DNA of 58,365 bases. Source: Bacteroidota bacterium (GTDB lineage: Bacteria; Bacteroidota; Bacteroidia; Flavobacteriales; BACL11). Below, in pieces: positions 28,516-38,381 of the stretch. Made by a program: the position numbers and the translations under genes. The DNA lies in contig JAYZYW010000042.1 in assembly GCA_036139835.1 (NCBI GenBank), forward strand, positions 1 to 58,365, written 5' to 3'. Under the pieces are notes generated by a model. The model was not told the origin of the DNA. It saw only the letters and a program-made list of their open reading frames with translations, and did no database searches. Position 1 is the stretch's first letter. Each line of letters begins with the position of its first letter.

Positions 28516-29134
28516 ATTCATTCTAATTATATTAATTGCATTAAGCACTACTATTTTCGCACAGGAACAAATTGCTAAAGAAGTGCTAAATAGATTAAGT
28601 ACAACGACTAAATCATATAAAAATATAACTATCGAATTTTATTTTATTTTAGAAAATAAAAGTCAAAATATAAGAGAAGAGCAAGAAGGGATTTTAGTGT
28701 TAGCAGGGGAGAAATTTCAATTAGAAATGCATAATCAAACCATTATAAATAATGGAGAAACCCAATGGATATACTTAATTGACATGAATGAAGTACAAAT
28801 AATGGAACATGACCCAGAAGACAAAATGATGAGCCCAAATAAGTTCTTTACTATTTATGAAGCAGACTATAAATACACTTATGTAGGCGCTAATTCAGAA
28901 AAAGGAAAACGCTTGCAAATTATTGACCTATTTCCAAAAGAAAGTCGAGAATTTATGAAAATAAATATTGCCGTTGATGCTGCGAAGAATCAATTAGAAA
29001 GAATCACTATACATGATAAAAATGGAGGGACTTATAAATATTTAGTAACATCATTTAAAAGCAATACTATAATAAAACCATTCATATTTAATATTACTGA
29101 TTTTCCTGGTGTTGAGGTGATTGATTTGAGATAA
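28508..29134 (+). CDS. LolA-like outer-membrane lipoprotein carrier protein
   Basis: 208 aa. Signal peptide, a beta-rich sequence, and the conserved position immediately after ftsK (8-nt overlap). Confidence 0.65.
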   Translation: MNKFILIILIALSTTIFAQEQIAKEVLNRLSTTTKSYKNITIEFYFILENKSQNIREEQEGILVLAGEKFQLEMHNQTIINNGETQWIYLIDMNEVQIMEHDPEDKMMSPNKFFTIYEADYKYTYVGANSEKGKRLQIIDLFPKESREFMKINIAVDAAKNQLERITIHDKNGGTYKYLVTSFKSNTIIKPFIFNITDFPGVEVIDLR

Positions 29135-29259
29135 TTATCTTATATGATATACTTCCCTAGAAACTTCAGAACCATTCCATCATTAGTTTATATCAAGAGT
29201 TTCAAAAATTCTATTATTCATTGTATGATAAAAAATAGTATTAAAAATAATAAACTACC

Positions 29260-30597
29260 CTAATCAACAGGAACTAATTTGAAATCTGAATAATGATAAA
29301 TAGGTGCAAAAATATTTTCATAATATCCACGTTTAAGTCGTTTAAACTTATATAAATTAGCTTTACCACAAAAGTGCATGATAATATCATAACCCTCTTT
29401 TGAGTATTTTCCAACATTTGTTTTAAATTCTTTTTCAAATAGTGATACAAAATTTAAATCATAATCATTGGAAAAATTAATACTTCTTGAATTAGGGATA
29501 TGAACATCAAGTTCCATCAAATTAGTTATGTCAAGATTATCATATGACATAATAGATTCAAATGAAAATACAATTGAAGTAGAATCAATACTTCCTATTG
29601 CACCTAACATTGTACTAATAAAAGCTTTGTCTTTTGATATTAATAAGACATTTTGATCTTCTACAAAATATTTTCTAATCTCATCAACTTGAGTATTAGT
29701 AATCTGAAACGATTCCACTGTTTTATTTTTTTTCTTAAATCTATGTTTTAAATAAGCGGCAAGGCCTCGCTCTTGTTCATCATTCAAGATTATAATTCTC
29801 TCATCTAGTTTATTTTCAATTAAATAATTTGTTAAGATATCTGCCTGAGCTTTATATGTTAGCGCTATTTGATAAACTGCAGGGAATTTTGTAATCCTTT
29901 TGTTATCTCTAGAAAGTGGCGAGATAAGAATCTTAGTAGGATCTTTACCATACTTTTTACACATCATCTGGAACAAATTAGAATACATAGGACCAATAAT
30001 AATATCCATTTCATTGAGTTGATGAGAATAAACTATTTTTTGCACTTCTAAACTATCCTGATTCGTATCAAAAGTGTGCAAAATAATATCCTGCCCTGCT
30101 CTTCTTAATGAATCTATAGCTAACTCAACACCAACATAAAAAGATAGTGCTGCATCAGATGGATAATAATATCTATTTGAAATATCTAAAGCATCTGTAT
30201 CCTTATTAAATATGGCATCATTCTTAAGTAAATAATAAGGCATTAAAAGTGCAATATTTGTAATAGAATTATCAGACTTATAATCCCACGGCAATGGGTC
30301 ATCTTCCTGCTCCAATTTCTTAACAGAAATCAATTCTTGATTTGTATTATTTAAATAAATTGGAATATAAATTACTTGATTATAAAAAAGTCTTCTATCA
30401 AGCTCATTCGCTGACTTAATTTCTGATGTTTTAACTTTGTGAAGGGCTGCTATTGATTTAAGCGACTCTCCTCCTTTTACTATGTGTTCAACAAATTTAT
30501 TTCCAGAAAAATAAACAGTATCAGGAATAATTTGTGCTGACAGATTTAAAGCACAAAAAACTAGAAAAACAAAACCTATTTTTTTTATTATTCCCAT
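29260..30597 (-). CDS. LysM-domain protein fused to a periplasmic-binding-protein-like domain
   Basis: 445 aa. Signal peptide and the LysM motif [27 protein letters not shown]. The start overlaps the guaA 3' end by 10 nt. Confidence 0.65.
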   Translation of the reverse strand: MGIIKKIGFVFLVFCALNLSAQIIPDTVYFSGNKFVEHIVKGGESLKSIAALHKVKTSEIKSANELDRRLFYNQVIYIPIYLNNTNQELISVKKLEQEDDPLPWDYKSDNSITNIALLMPYYLLKNDAIFNKDTDALDISNRYYYPSDAALSFYVGVELAIDSLRRAGQDIILHTFDTNQDSLEVQKIVYSHQLNEMDIIIGPMYSNLFQMMCKKYGKDPTKILISPLSRDNKRITKFPAVYQIALTYKAQADILTNYLIENKLDERIIILNDEQERGLAAYLKHRFKKKNKTVESFQITNTQVDEIRKYFVEDQNVLLISKDKAFISTMLGAIGSIDSTSIVFSFESIMSYDNLDITNLMELDVHIPNSRSINFSNDYDLNFVSLFEKEFKTNVGKYSKEGYDIIMHFCGKANLYKFKRLKRGYYENIFAPIYHYSDFKLVPVD

Positions 30598-32123
30598 TCA
30601 ATAGTTGCTGGTGGCTTAGAAGAAATATCATATACTACACGATTAATCCCTTTTACTTTATTAATAATATCATTCGATACTTTTGCTAAGAACTTATGAG
30701 GCAAGTGCACCCAATCTGCAGTCATTCCATCAGTTGATTCAACCGCTCTTAGCGCTATAGTATTCTCGTAAGTCCTTTCATCACCCATGACTCCAACAGA
30801 TTGAACAGGCAAGAAAATTGCTCCTGCTTGCCAAACTTTATCATACAATCCAGAAGATTTTAATGATGAAATAAAGATATGATCTACTTCTTGTAAAATC
30901 CTAATTTTTTCTTTTGTAATATCGCCTAAAATGCGAATTGCTAATCCAGGCCCTGGAAAAGGATGTCTTCCTAAAAGTTCTTGATCAATCCCCATTGAGC
31001 GCCCTATTCTTCGCACTTCATCTTTGAATAAAGTATTAAGTGGCTCAACAATTTTAAGTTTCATATAATTAGGCAAGCCTCCAACATTATGATGCGATTT
31101 AATGGTTTGAGATGGTCCTCCAGTAGCAGAAACTGATTCAATTACATCAGGATAAATAGTGCCTTGAGCAAGCCATTTAACATCTTTTATCTTATGAGCT
31201 TCATCATCAAAAACATTAATAAACATGGTTCCAATTGCTTTACGCTTTTTCTCAGGATCAGAAACGCCAGCCAAAACATTATAAAAACGCTCTTTTGCAT
31301 TCACTCCACTTACATTTAATCCCATCCCTTTATATTGCTCCAATACACTTTCAAACTCATCTTTTCTTAAAATGCCATTATCTACAAAAATACAGTGTAG
31401 ATTCTTACCAATAGCTTTATTCAATAAAACAGCTGCAACAGTAGAATCAACACCACCTGAAATCCCTAAAACAACTTTATCATTTCCTAATTTAGTTTTT
31501 AAATCAGCTACCGTTTCTTCAACAAATGTATTTGGTGTCCAATCTTGAGTACAGCCACAAATATCTATCAAAAAATTTTTCAAAATAATTGCACCATCTT
31601 TAGTATGATAGACCTCAGGATGGAACTGCAGGCCATAAGTTATCTCATTTTCAATTTCATATGCAGCAACATCTATATCATTTGTTGATGCAATAATTTT
31701 ATAATTATTCGGTAGTAATGCAATAGTGTCTCCATGACTCATCCATACTTGCGAATTTGAAGAAACTCCTTTTAATAGTTTATTTCTAGAATCAACAAAA
31801 GATAAATTTGCTCTTCCATATTCCCTGATTTTAGAAGGTAGTACTTCACCACCAAACTCATGTGCTAAATGTTGTGCACCATAACAAACACCAAGTAAAG
31901 GAAGTTTCCCTTTAATTGAAGATAAAATAGGAATTGGAGCATTTTTCTCACGCACAGAGAATGGAGATCCTGATAGAATTACTGCTTTCCAACTCCCATC
32001 AATTTCTGGCAAATTATTATAAGGATGTATCTCTGAATAAATACTTAATTCTCTTATACGTCTAGCAATAAGCTGAGTGTATTGTGATCCGAAATCTAAA
32101 ATTAATATTTTTTCGTGTTCCAT
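30588..32123 (-). CDS. guaA: GMP synthase (glutamine-hydrolysing)
   Basis: 511 aa. GATase motif GVCYGAQ, PP-loop GISGGVDS, and the C-terminus KPPATIEWE. Confidence 0.96.
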   Translation of the reverse strand: MEHEKILILDFGSQYTQLIARRIRELSIYSEIHPYNNLPEIDGSWKAVILSGSPFSVREKNAPIPILSSIKGKLPLLGVCYGAQHLAHEFGGEVLPSKIREYGRANLSFVDSRNKLLKGVSSNSQVWMSHGDTIALLPNNYKIIASTNDIDVAAYEIENEITYGLQFHPEVYHTKDGAIILKNFLIDICGCTQDWTPNTFVEETVADLKTKLGNDKVVLGISGGVDSTVAAVLLNKAIGKNLHCIFVDNGILRKDEFESVLEQYKGMGLNVSGVNAKERFYNVLAGVSDPEKKRKAIGTMFINVFDDEAHKIKDVKWLAQGTIYPDVIESVSATGGPSQTIKSHHNVGGLPNYMKLKIVEPLNTLFKDEVRRIGRSMGIDQELLGRHPFPGPGLAIRILGDITKEKIRILQEVDHIFISSLKSSGLYDKVWQAGAIFLPVQSVGVMGDERTYENTIALRAVESTDGMTADWVHLPHKFLAKVSNDIINKVKGINRVVYDISSKPPATIEWE

Positions 32124-32136
32124 TTATTGCTTAAAT

Positions 32137-33699
32137 TTAATCCGACAAAATTACAAAATTAGGGTCGAGCGGATTTAGATTCTGTTTTAATCTTTCAATA
32201 AAGTTGTTCCCATCTTTTAAATAAAATTGAATAAAGTTTTCATAACGTTCTTGCAAGCTATTATCTGGAAATAATTGTTTCTTTAGCCTGCTAATTTGGT
32301 TTACAGCATATTTATCCTTTTGTTTTTCCAACCTTATGAGCTTTAATTCTAGCGTATCTAATGCATTTAACTGTTTTTTAAGTTGTGCTTTTATATTGTC
32401 TCTTAATCCACTATCACTAATCTTATTTGATATCATAGAATATATTCTTTTAATATCTTCTTTCTCATTAGTTAAATCTATTTCAGATAATTTTCTTCCT
32501 ATTATATATTGCTTTTGTAAAGCATGTTCATCTTTAAAAATATCAAATAACTCAAAATTAAATGCTCTGATAATTTGCATTTGTTTATCTGAAATGAGCA
32601 TGACAGAGTTCCTTAATACTAATAGTGGAAAAGGCATTTTTTCTTGCTGAAATGCAGACTTTAATTGCATCCAATAAGCTATCTCAGCTCCACCTCCTAT
32701 TGTTGCAATATTTGGCAATACACATTCCTGATAAAGTGGGCGCAATAAAACATTTGGGCTAAATCGTTCAGAATTCTCTTCAATCTCTCTTTCAGTAATA
32801 TCTCCTTTTATCAACTCTCTTTTTTCTTCTGATAGTTTAAAAAAATTGACATCACGGACAAAGGCTTGTGCAGAATAACTACTCGCTAACTTTTTGCTAG
32901 ATTCTTGAATAGTCTTAACAAACCCTTGCTCTAATACATCTTTTTTAATATAAGGAATAAATTGTTTTTTTAGTTGCTTATTATCACCATCAATTATTAC
33001 AAGTCCATATTTACCAAAAAGTTCATTTACTAAATATCTAGTTGCATCAGCTAGATTTTGATTCTTTAAATAAGCCTTCTCAAACAGATTAAGTAATCGC
33101 TGTCCATGATCACTTTCTCCTAAAATACTTCTTGCTACAACATTTATTACTCGCTCAATTCCATTCAAACTCATCCTACCCATAGCACCACGATTATGCT
33201 GACTATGAGTTATCCGATAACGAATTTGCTCCCATTCTAACACTTTTTTACCATACAAATTAATATGATTGATCTCTTGGAAATCATGATCCTCAGTTGC
33301 CATCCAAAAGATAGGAATAAAATTATTATTAGGATATTTTTCTTTGAGCTTTTCAGACAGATTTATAGTTGAAATTATTTTATAAAGAAAATATAAAGGA
33401 CCGGTAAATAAACATAATTGATGACCAGTTGTTATCGTAAAAGTATGATTGTCTTTTAATAATTGAATATTACTTTTTGATATATCTGAAAGCGAAATAA
33501 TGGCATTTTGCTTTTCTAAAACTGAAACTAAAGTTTCTCTATTTATCTCATGTGTAGATTTTTCCTTAATTTGTTTTTCAAAATTATCTAAAGTAGGGAA
33601 ATGATTTACAAATGATGTTAACTTTTTATCCTGATTCAGATAATCTAAAACTAATTTAGAGAAATGCTTAGTATTTTGATATGGGATCTTATGATTCAA
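32137..33699 (-). CDS. bshC: Bacillithiol biosynthesis cysteine-adding enzyme BshC
   Basis: 520 aa. TGHQLCLFTGPLYFLYKIIS...IPIFWMATEDHDFQEINH and ERFSPNVLLRPLYQECVLPNIATIGGGAEIAYW align closely with B. subtilis BshC as I remember it. The start codon is TTG, and there is no nearby in-frame ATG. Confidence 0.88.
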   Translation of the reverse strand: MNHKIPYQNTKHFSKLVLDYLNQDKKLTSFVNHFPTLDNFEKQIKEKSTHEINRETLVSVLEKQNAIISLSDISKSNIQLLKDNHTFTITTGHQLCLFTGPLYFLYKIISTINLSEKLKEKYPNNNFIPIFWMATEDHDFQEINHINLYGKKVLEWEQIRYRITHSQHNRGAMGRMSLNGIERVINVVARSILGESDHGQRLLNLFEKAYLKNQNLADATRYLVNELFGKYGLVIIDGDNKQLKKQFIPYIKKDVLEQGFVKTIQESSKKLASSYSAQAFVRDVNFFKLSEEKRELIKGDITEREIEENSERFSPNVLLRPLYQECVLPNIATIGGGAEIAYWMQLKSAFQQEKMPFPLLVLRNSVMLISDKQMQIIRAFNFELFDIFKDEHALQKQYIIGRKLSEIDLTNEKEDIKRIYSMISNKISDSGLRDNIKAQLKKQLNALDTLELKLIRLEKQKDKYAVNQISRLKKQLFPDNSLQERYENFIQFYLKDGNNFIERLKQNLNPLDPNFVILSD

Positions 33700-33702
33700 A
33701 AT

Positions 33703-34794
33703 CTATTTTTTCATAATAAATCCTCCTGCAATCAAATCTTCATCTTCATAAATTGCAGCTGATTGACCTGGAGCTATACCTGCTACTTTTTTATGAAATA
33801 ACACTTTTAAGTTGTCACCCTCATTTGTAATAGTGGCTAACTCTCCTTTATCTTTATACCTTACTTTCACTAAACATTCCATGCCATCCTTAATATTAGC
33901 ATATTTTAAGTAATTTATATCTCTTATAAACATTTCTTGCTTTTGTAAATCTTCTTTTGTACCTACAACCACAGTATTTTCATCAGGATTTATCCCAACC
34001 ACATAAGTAGGATTAGGGCCTAACGATACCCCTAACTTTCTTTGACCAATAGTATAAAAAGGATAGCCATTATGAGTACCTACTGTTTTACCATCAGTTG
34101 TAATAAAGTCCCCTCCTTCTACTTTTTTTTCCAATCCTGCGACCCTTCTTTTTAAGAATCCTCTATAATCATTGTCTGGAATAAAACAGATTTCATAGCT
34201 TTCATTTTTTTCAGCTAAAGCTTTATATCCTCTATTTAGTGCCATCTCTTTAATAGCTTTTTTATGATATTTCCCCATAGGGAAAATTGTTCTTTTAAGA
34301 CATTCTTGCTTAACACCCCAAAGTACATAGGACTGATCCTTACTTTCATCCAAACCCTTAGAGATAATATACCGACCATTTTCTTCACGGATCTGAGCAT
34401 AATGTCCTGTAGCAATGTATTTGCATTTTAGCATATCAGCTCGTTTTAGAAGTGCCTCCCATTTTATATGTGTATTACAAAGAACACATGGATTTGGAGT
34501 GCGACCAGCAATATACTCATCAACAAAATTATCAATAATAGAATCACCAAATTCTTCACGAATATCTAAAATAGTATGAGGAAAGCCACAATCTACAGCT
34601 AATTGCCTTGCATCATTTATAGAATCCAAACTACAACAACCCGTTTCTTTTTTACTACCTCCTGAGCTTGCATAATCCCAAGTTTTCATAGTTAAACCAA
34701 TAACCTCATACCCTTGTTCATGAAGAATTAATGAAGCCATAGTACTATCAATACCACCACTCATTGCCATTAATACTCTTCCTTTACTCATCAT
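33703..34794 (-). CDS. mnmA: tRNA 2-thiouridine(34) synthase MnmA
   Basis: 363 aa. PP-loop AMSGGIDS, the catalytic Cys context NPCVLCN, and ATGHYA. Confidence 0.95.
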   Translation of the reverse strand: MMSKGRVLMAMSGGIDSTMASLILHEQGYEVIGLTMKTWDYASSGGSKKETGCCSLDSINDARQLAVDCGFPHTILDIREEFGDSIIDNFVDEYIAGRTPNPCVLCNTHIKWEALLKRADMLKCKYIATGHYAQIREENGRYIISKGLDESKDQSYVLWGVKQECLKRTIFPMGKYHKKAIKEMALNRGYKALAEKNESYEICFIPDNDYRGFLKRRVAGLEKKVEGGDFITTDGKTVGTHNGYPFYTIGQRKLGVSLGPNPTYVVGINPDENTVVVGTKEDLQKQEMFIRDINYLKYANIKDGMECLVKVRYKDKGELATITNEGDNLKVLFHKKVAGIAPGQSAAIYEDEDLIAGGFIMKK

Positions 34795-35440
34795 AGTTTA
34801 TTATTGTATCGCTAACGCCTTCCTCAGTAAAAAACTCCCAAACTCCTGATTTTAAATCATCACTATAAAATCCATTATAATAAATCTTTCCATTAGGGTA
34901 ATAATAAGTTTGTTTCCCATTTCTCAAATCATCTTTATAAGCACTTTCCATTTTTAATGTTCCATCCATAAAAAACTGTTTCCAAATCCCATTTAAAAGA
35001 TTGTTTTTCCAATTTTTTATTTCATAAAGAGTCCCATCATAATAAAAAGTTTTAGTAGTTCCATTAAGCTTTCCTTGTTGATATTGTTCTGACATAATCA
35101 AGATACTATCTCTACTATAGTAATGCCAAGTACTATCTTTTAATTCACCCACATATAGTCCTGATGATTGTAAATTACCATCTTTATAAAAAAAATGAGT
35201 AGCGGCTGCTTCCCCATTATGGAAAAACTCTTTTTCTACTTGTAATTCACCACTATCATAATAATAAAAGAATAACCCTTGTGGCTTATCATCTTTAAAT
35301 TGGCCCTTATATCTTACATCTCCATTTTTGTACTTTTTTGACCAATTCCCCTGTTTTTTCCCATTCTCATCAACCTCATTAATTGTCTGACTAATAGCAA
35401 AAAATGGTATTAGTAATAAGCATAAAAATAACTTCTTCAT
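34784..35440 (-). CDS. Secreted MORN-variant repeat protein (YwqK family)
   Basis: 218 aa. Signal peptide and repeated G.W..Y..NG.l..eg.y.....G units. Confidence 0.7.
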   Translation of the reverse strand: MKKLFLCLLLIPFFAISQTINEVDENGKKQGNWSKKYKNGDVRYKGQFKDDKPQGLFFYYYDSGELQVEKEFFHNGEAAATHFFYKDGNLQSSGLYVGELKDSTWHYYSRDSILIMSEQYQQGKLNGTTKTFYYDGTLYEIKNWKNNLLNGIWKQFFMDGTLKMESAYKDDLRNGKQTYYYPNGKIYYNGFYSDDLKSGVWEFFTEEGVSDTIINYDE

Positions 35441-35480
35441 CTATCTTTTTTGGCAAATATAGGGTAAAAAATAGATTTTG

Positions 35481-36617
35481 CTACTTCACCAATTTCATTA
35501 ATTCATCAATCCCATTTACAAATGATTCCCAACTAAATCTTTTTTTTTCTTCCTTAGTATTTAACACAAATCCTTCTTCTTTATTATTCTGATAAAAGTC
35601 TACTATTGCATCTGCAATATCATTAGGATTTTTAGAAGTAACATAGCCCACTTTATTATTAGGAACAATTTCAGCCAAACCTCCAACATTAGTCACTAAC
35701 ATGGGGCGCTCAAAATGATAAGCAATTTGAGTTACTCCACTTTGAGTAGCTGTTTTGTAAGTTTGTGTAATCATATCAGAGGCACAAAAATAATTTTTAA
35801 CCTTTTCAGCTGTAATAAAGTTACTGTGTAAGATAACCTGATTCTTAATTCCTAAAGTATCTATTAATACTGTATATTCATTCTTATTATCATAAAACTC
35901 TCCCGCTACGATTAGCTTTACTCCCAACGCTTTAATCCGCTCATCAGCCATTGCTTTAAGTATCAAATCTAAACCCTTGTACTTGCGTATAAAACCAAAA
36001 AATAACAAATATTTATCATCAGAACTTAACTCTAAATTTTTAATTGCATCTTTTTTTGAAATTTTCTCGCCAAAGACATCATAAATAGGATGTGGAATAA
36101 ATTTCTTAAAAATAGAAGTGGTAAAATGAGTCAAGTCATCAAGCACAGATTCAGAAAGGGTTAAAAACGCATCACAACTTTTTACAAAATACTTAGTAAG
36201 AATTTTATCTCCTAAGCGTTTTTCATGAGGAATAACATTATCAGTAATAGCTAAAATCTTTATCTTTTTATTAAGCAACCTAGCAATAGTACCTAAACAA
36301 GGAGACATAAAGGGCAACCAATATCTTATAATTACTAAATCTGGGGTTTCCTTATTTATTTTATTAGCAACTTTTATCCAATTAAAAGGGTTTAAAGAAT
36401 TGATCAATGTTTTAATTCTTAAGTTTTTAGGGGGAATTCCGTCCTCATATTGAGTAATCCCTGGAAATAAAAATGAAGGATATTGTAAGGTAAAAGAAAA
36501 TAAGGTCACATCATCTCCTCTATCATTATAAGCCTTTGCTAAGGCATTATTAAAATTGGAAATACCACCTCTAAAAGGGAAAGCAGGGCCAATAATAATA
36601 ACTTTTTGATTAGCCAA
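35481..36617 (-). CDS. Glycosyltransferase family 4
   Basis: 378 aa. C-terminal GT-B signature (SGVTQIAYHFERPMLVTNVGGLAEIV). The track start is TTG, 3 nt after the upstream stop. Confidence 0.82.
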   Translation of the reverse strand: MANQKVIIIGPAFPFRGGISNFNNALAKAYNDRGDDVTLFSFTLQYPSFLFPGITQYEDGIPPKNLRIKTLINSLNPFNWIKVANKINKETPDLVIIRYWLPFMSPCLGTIARLLNKKIKILAITDNVIPHEKRLGDKILTKYFVKSCDAFLTLSESVLDDLTHFTTSIFKKFIPHPIYDVFGEKISKKDAIKNLELSSDDKYLLFFGFIRKYKGLDLILKAMADERIKALGVKLIVAGEFYDNKNEYTVLIDTLGIKNQVILHSNFITAEKVKNYFCASDMITQTYKTATQSGVTQIAYHFERPMLVTNVGGLAEIVPNNKVGYVTSKNPNDIADAIVDFYQNNKEEGFVLNTKEEKKRFSWESFVNGIDELMKLVK

Positions 36618-36620
36618 AAT

Positions 36621-37568
36621 CTAAACCTCTTTTTCTATTTGATAGTTATTTCTATCATAGGTATTTCGTGATATCATTTCAGCAATAAAACCAGCCAGAA
36701 ATAACTGGACACCAATAATCATGGAAGTTAAAGCAATGTAAAATCCTGACATTTGAGCAATATTAGTGGCTGGAGAACTATTGAGCATAAAATATATTTT
36801 AGTTCCACCAATATAAGCAAATAAGCCAAAACCAAGCATAAACATTAAGCTACCAAAAACACCAAAGAAATGCATTGGTTTTTTCCCAAATCGACTTACA
36901 AATGTAATAGTAAGCAAATCCAAGAATCCATTTGTAAATCGCTCTAATCCAAATTTTGTAACACCATACTTTCTGGATTGATGAAGCACTACTTTTTCAG
37001 TAATATTAGAAAAACCAGCCCATTTAGCCAAAATAGGGATATAGCGATGCATTTCACCATGTACTTCAATTGATTTTATTACTGTATTTTTATAAGATTT
37101 AAGTCCACAATTAAAATCATGTAAATAAATGCCAGAAGCCCTGCGAGCAGCCCAATTAAACAATTTTGTAGGAATAGTTTTTGTAATTGGATCATGTCTC
37201 TTCTTTTTCCATCCTGAAACCAAATCATAACCATCAATAGTAATTTTATGATATAACTCAGGGATTTCATCAGGACTATCTTGCAAATCAGCATCCATAG
37301 TAATAACTACATCACCTTTTACTTTTGAAAAAGCAACATTTAAAGCTGCAGATTTCCCATAATTTTTTCTAAGCTTAATTCCTTTAATATTTGTGTTTTG
37401 AGAAGATGTTTTTTCTATAATTTCCCATGAATTGTCTTTACTGCCATCATCAATTAAAAGCACTTCATAAGTGTAATTATTTTCTTGCATTACTTTATCA
37501 ATCCAAGCACATAATTCTGACAACGATTCTTCTTCATTCAATAAAGGCACTACTATACTAATATTCAT
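36621..37568 (-). CDS. Glycosyltransferase family 2, polyprenyl-phosphate glycosyltransferase-like (GtrB/ArnC type) with C-terminal TM helices
   Basis: 315 aa. ISIVVPLLNEE, LIDDGSKD and MDADLQD motifs, followed by 2 TM helices. Confidence 0.88.
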   Translation of the reverse strand: MNISIVVPLLNEEESLSELCAWIDKVMQENNYTYEVLLIDDGSKDNSWEIIEKTSSQNTNIKGIKLRKNYGKSAALNVAFSKVKGDVVITMDADLQDSPDEIPELYHKITIDGYDLVSGWKKKRHDPITKTIPTKLFNWAARRASGIYLHDFNCGLKSYKNTVIKSIEVHGEMHRYIPILAKWAGFSNITEKVVLHQSRKYGVTKFGLERFTNGFLDLLTITFVSRFGKKPMHFFGVFGSLMFMLGFGLFAYIGGTKIYFMLNSSPATNIAQMSGFYIALTSMIIGVQLFLAGFIAEMISRNTYDRNNYQIEKEV

Positions 37569-37570
37569 AA

Positions 37571-38191
37571 TTATGTAATTTCATGTTTTCTTCTAATAAT
37601 TAACGCTAGTATAGCATTTAAAATTATCATAAAAAACAAATTGGTAATTAGGGTTACTAAAAATAAAGTTTTACTGATCCCGTTCTCCTTTATAGAATTC
37701 CATTTTTCTTCTAGAATCTTATTAGCAGCATTAATTTGATCATCAATCTTTGTCATGGATTCTTCATATTCTTCATCTGAAAGGCTGCCATTTCTATACG
37801 CCTTATCTAAATATGATTGAGAAAAACCCAATACAAATGATGTTAGTTTAGCATCTCTCGTTTCATTTAATTCAATATATTTTTCTGGATAAAAAATATT
37901 CCACAAGGTTATCCTAGTGACAGTAAGTAATGAAAAACCAATTGCAGCAACTATAAACATTATTCTAAAAGCACTCTTAAAATTAAAAAAATTAGAATGA
38001 GATCTATATTCTTTTCCGAAAAATAATATTAAAAAAGTCATAATTATAAACCATAAACCATAAAAAACAAGATAATATGTTTTTAATGTCATATTTTCAC
38101 CAAATAACAAATCAATAATTGGAAAAAATGAGAGAAAAATCCCCAGATATAAGCCTCTATTTAATAAGAATTCTTTTTCTATTTGCTGCAT
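37571..38191 (-). CDS. Polytopic membrane protein (possibly DUF4199-like)
   Basis: The track ORF (to 38332) reads antisense through the SRP RNA gene. ATG 38191 (MQQIEKEF...) has a TATATTTG -7 box 14 nt upstream, so I prefer it. The protein has four or five hydrophobic helices. Confidence 0.6.
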   Translation of the reverse strand: MQQIEKEFLLNRGLYLGIFLSFFPIIDLLFGENMTLKTYYLVFYGLWFIIMTFLILFFGKEYRSHSNFFNFKSAFRIMFIVAAIGFSLLTVTRITLWNIFYPEKYIELNETRDAKLTSFVLGFSQSYLDKAYRNGSLSDEEYEESMTKIDDQINAANKILEEKWNSIKENGISKTLFLVTLITNLFFMIILNAILALIIRRKHEIT

Positions 38192-38205
38192 TCTTAAAAT
38201 TTGGA

Positions 38206-38213
38206 CAAATATA
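38206..38213 (-). promoter_or_regulatory. -7 promoter box (TATATTTG) for the membrane protein/GT2/GT4 unit
   Basis: Exact TAnnTTTG match 14 nt upstream of the ATG at 38191. Confidence 0.45.
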
Positions 38214-38260
38214 ACTAAAAATAGAAGACAATAAATAGTTTGATTTTTTAAGAATAATCT

Positions 38261-38268
38261 TACTTTTG
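38261..38268 (+). promoter_or_regulatory. -7 promoter box (TACTTTTG) for SRP RNA
   Basis: Exact TAnnTTTG match ending 7 nt before the first base of the predicted SRP RNA closing helix. Confidence 0.55.
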
Positions 38269-38275
38269 GGCTCAA

Positions 38276-38372
38276 GGGTAAGTCTTGTGCGACCAGCTCC
38301 CTATGAACTCCCCCAGGGCAGGAATGCAGCAAGGGTGATAGGTTGTAGCGGTGCGATATAAGTAGCTTACCC
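38276..38372 (+). ncRNA. ffs: Signal recognition particle RNA (small bacterial 4.5S type)
   Basis: 97 nt. The terminal helix pairs GGGTAAG with CTTACCC. The conserved domain IV core is CCAGG-GCA-GGAA-TGC-AGCA-AGGG (GGAA tetraloop plus the AGCA loop). The segment is GC-rich in an AT-rich context and is followed by a T-rich tail. Confidence 0.87.
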
Positions 38373-38381
38373 TTATTTATT

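Noticed and set aside
32336-32650. 104-aa plus-strand ORF inside bshC, and similar antisense ORFs inside tgt, ftsK, nqrF, nqrD, nqrC, CotH and the 1485-aa gene
   Set aside because: All are embedded antisense in well-supported genes and have low-complexity or hydrophobic junk composition.
34784-35440. Toxin-antitoxin module (the YwqK family is often labelled an antitoxin)
   Set aside because: The protein has a signal peptide and MORN-type repeats, and no adjacent toxin-like gene. Its neighbours are mnmA and a glycosyltransferase.
35481-36617. GT4 glycosyltransferase as BshA, because bshC is nearby
   Set aside because: The N-terminus and motifs do not resemble BshA as I remember it. The gene is coupled instead to a GT2 and a membrane protein in a separate unit.
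38192-38332. N-terminal 47 codons of the 253-aa track ORF
   Set aside because: They are read antisense through the SRP RNA gene. A downstream ATG with its own -7 box gives a sensible membrane protein.
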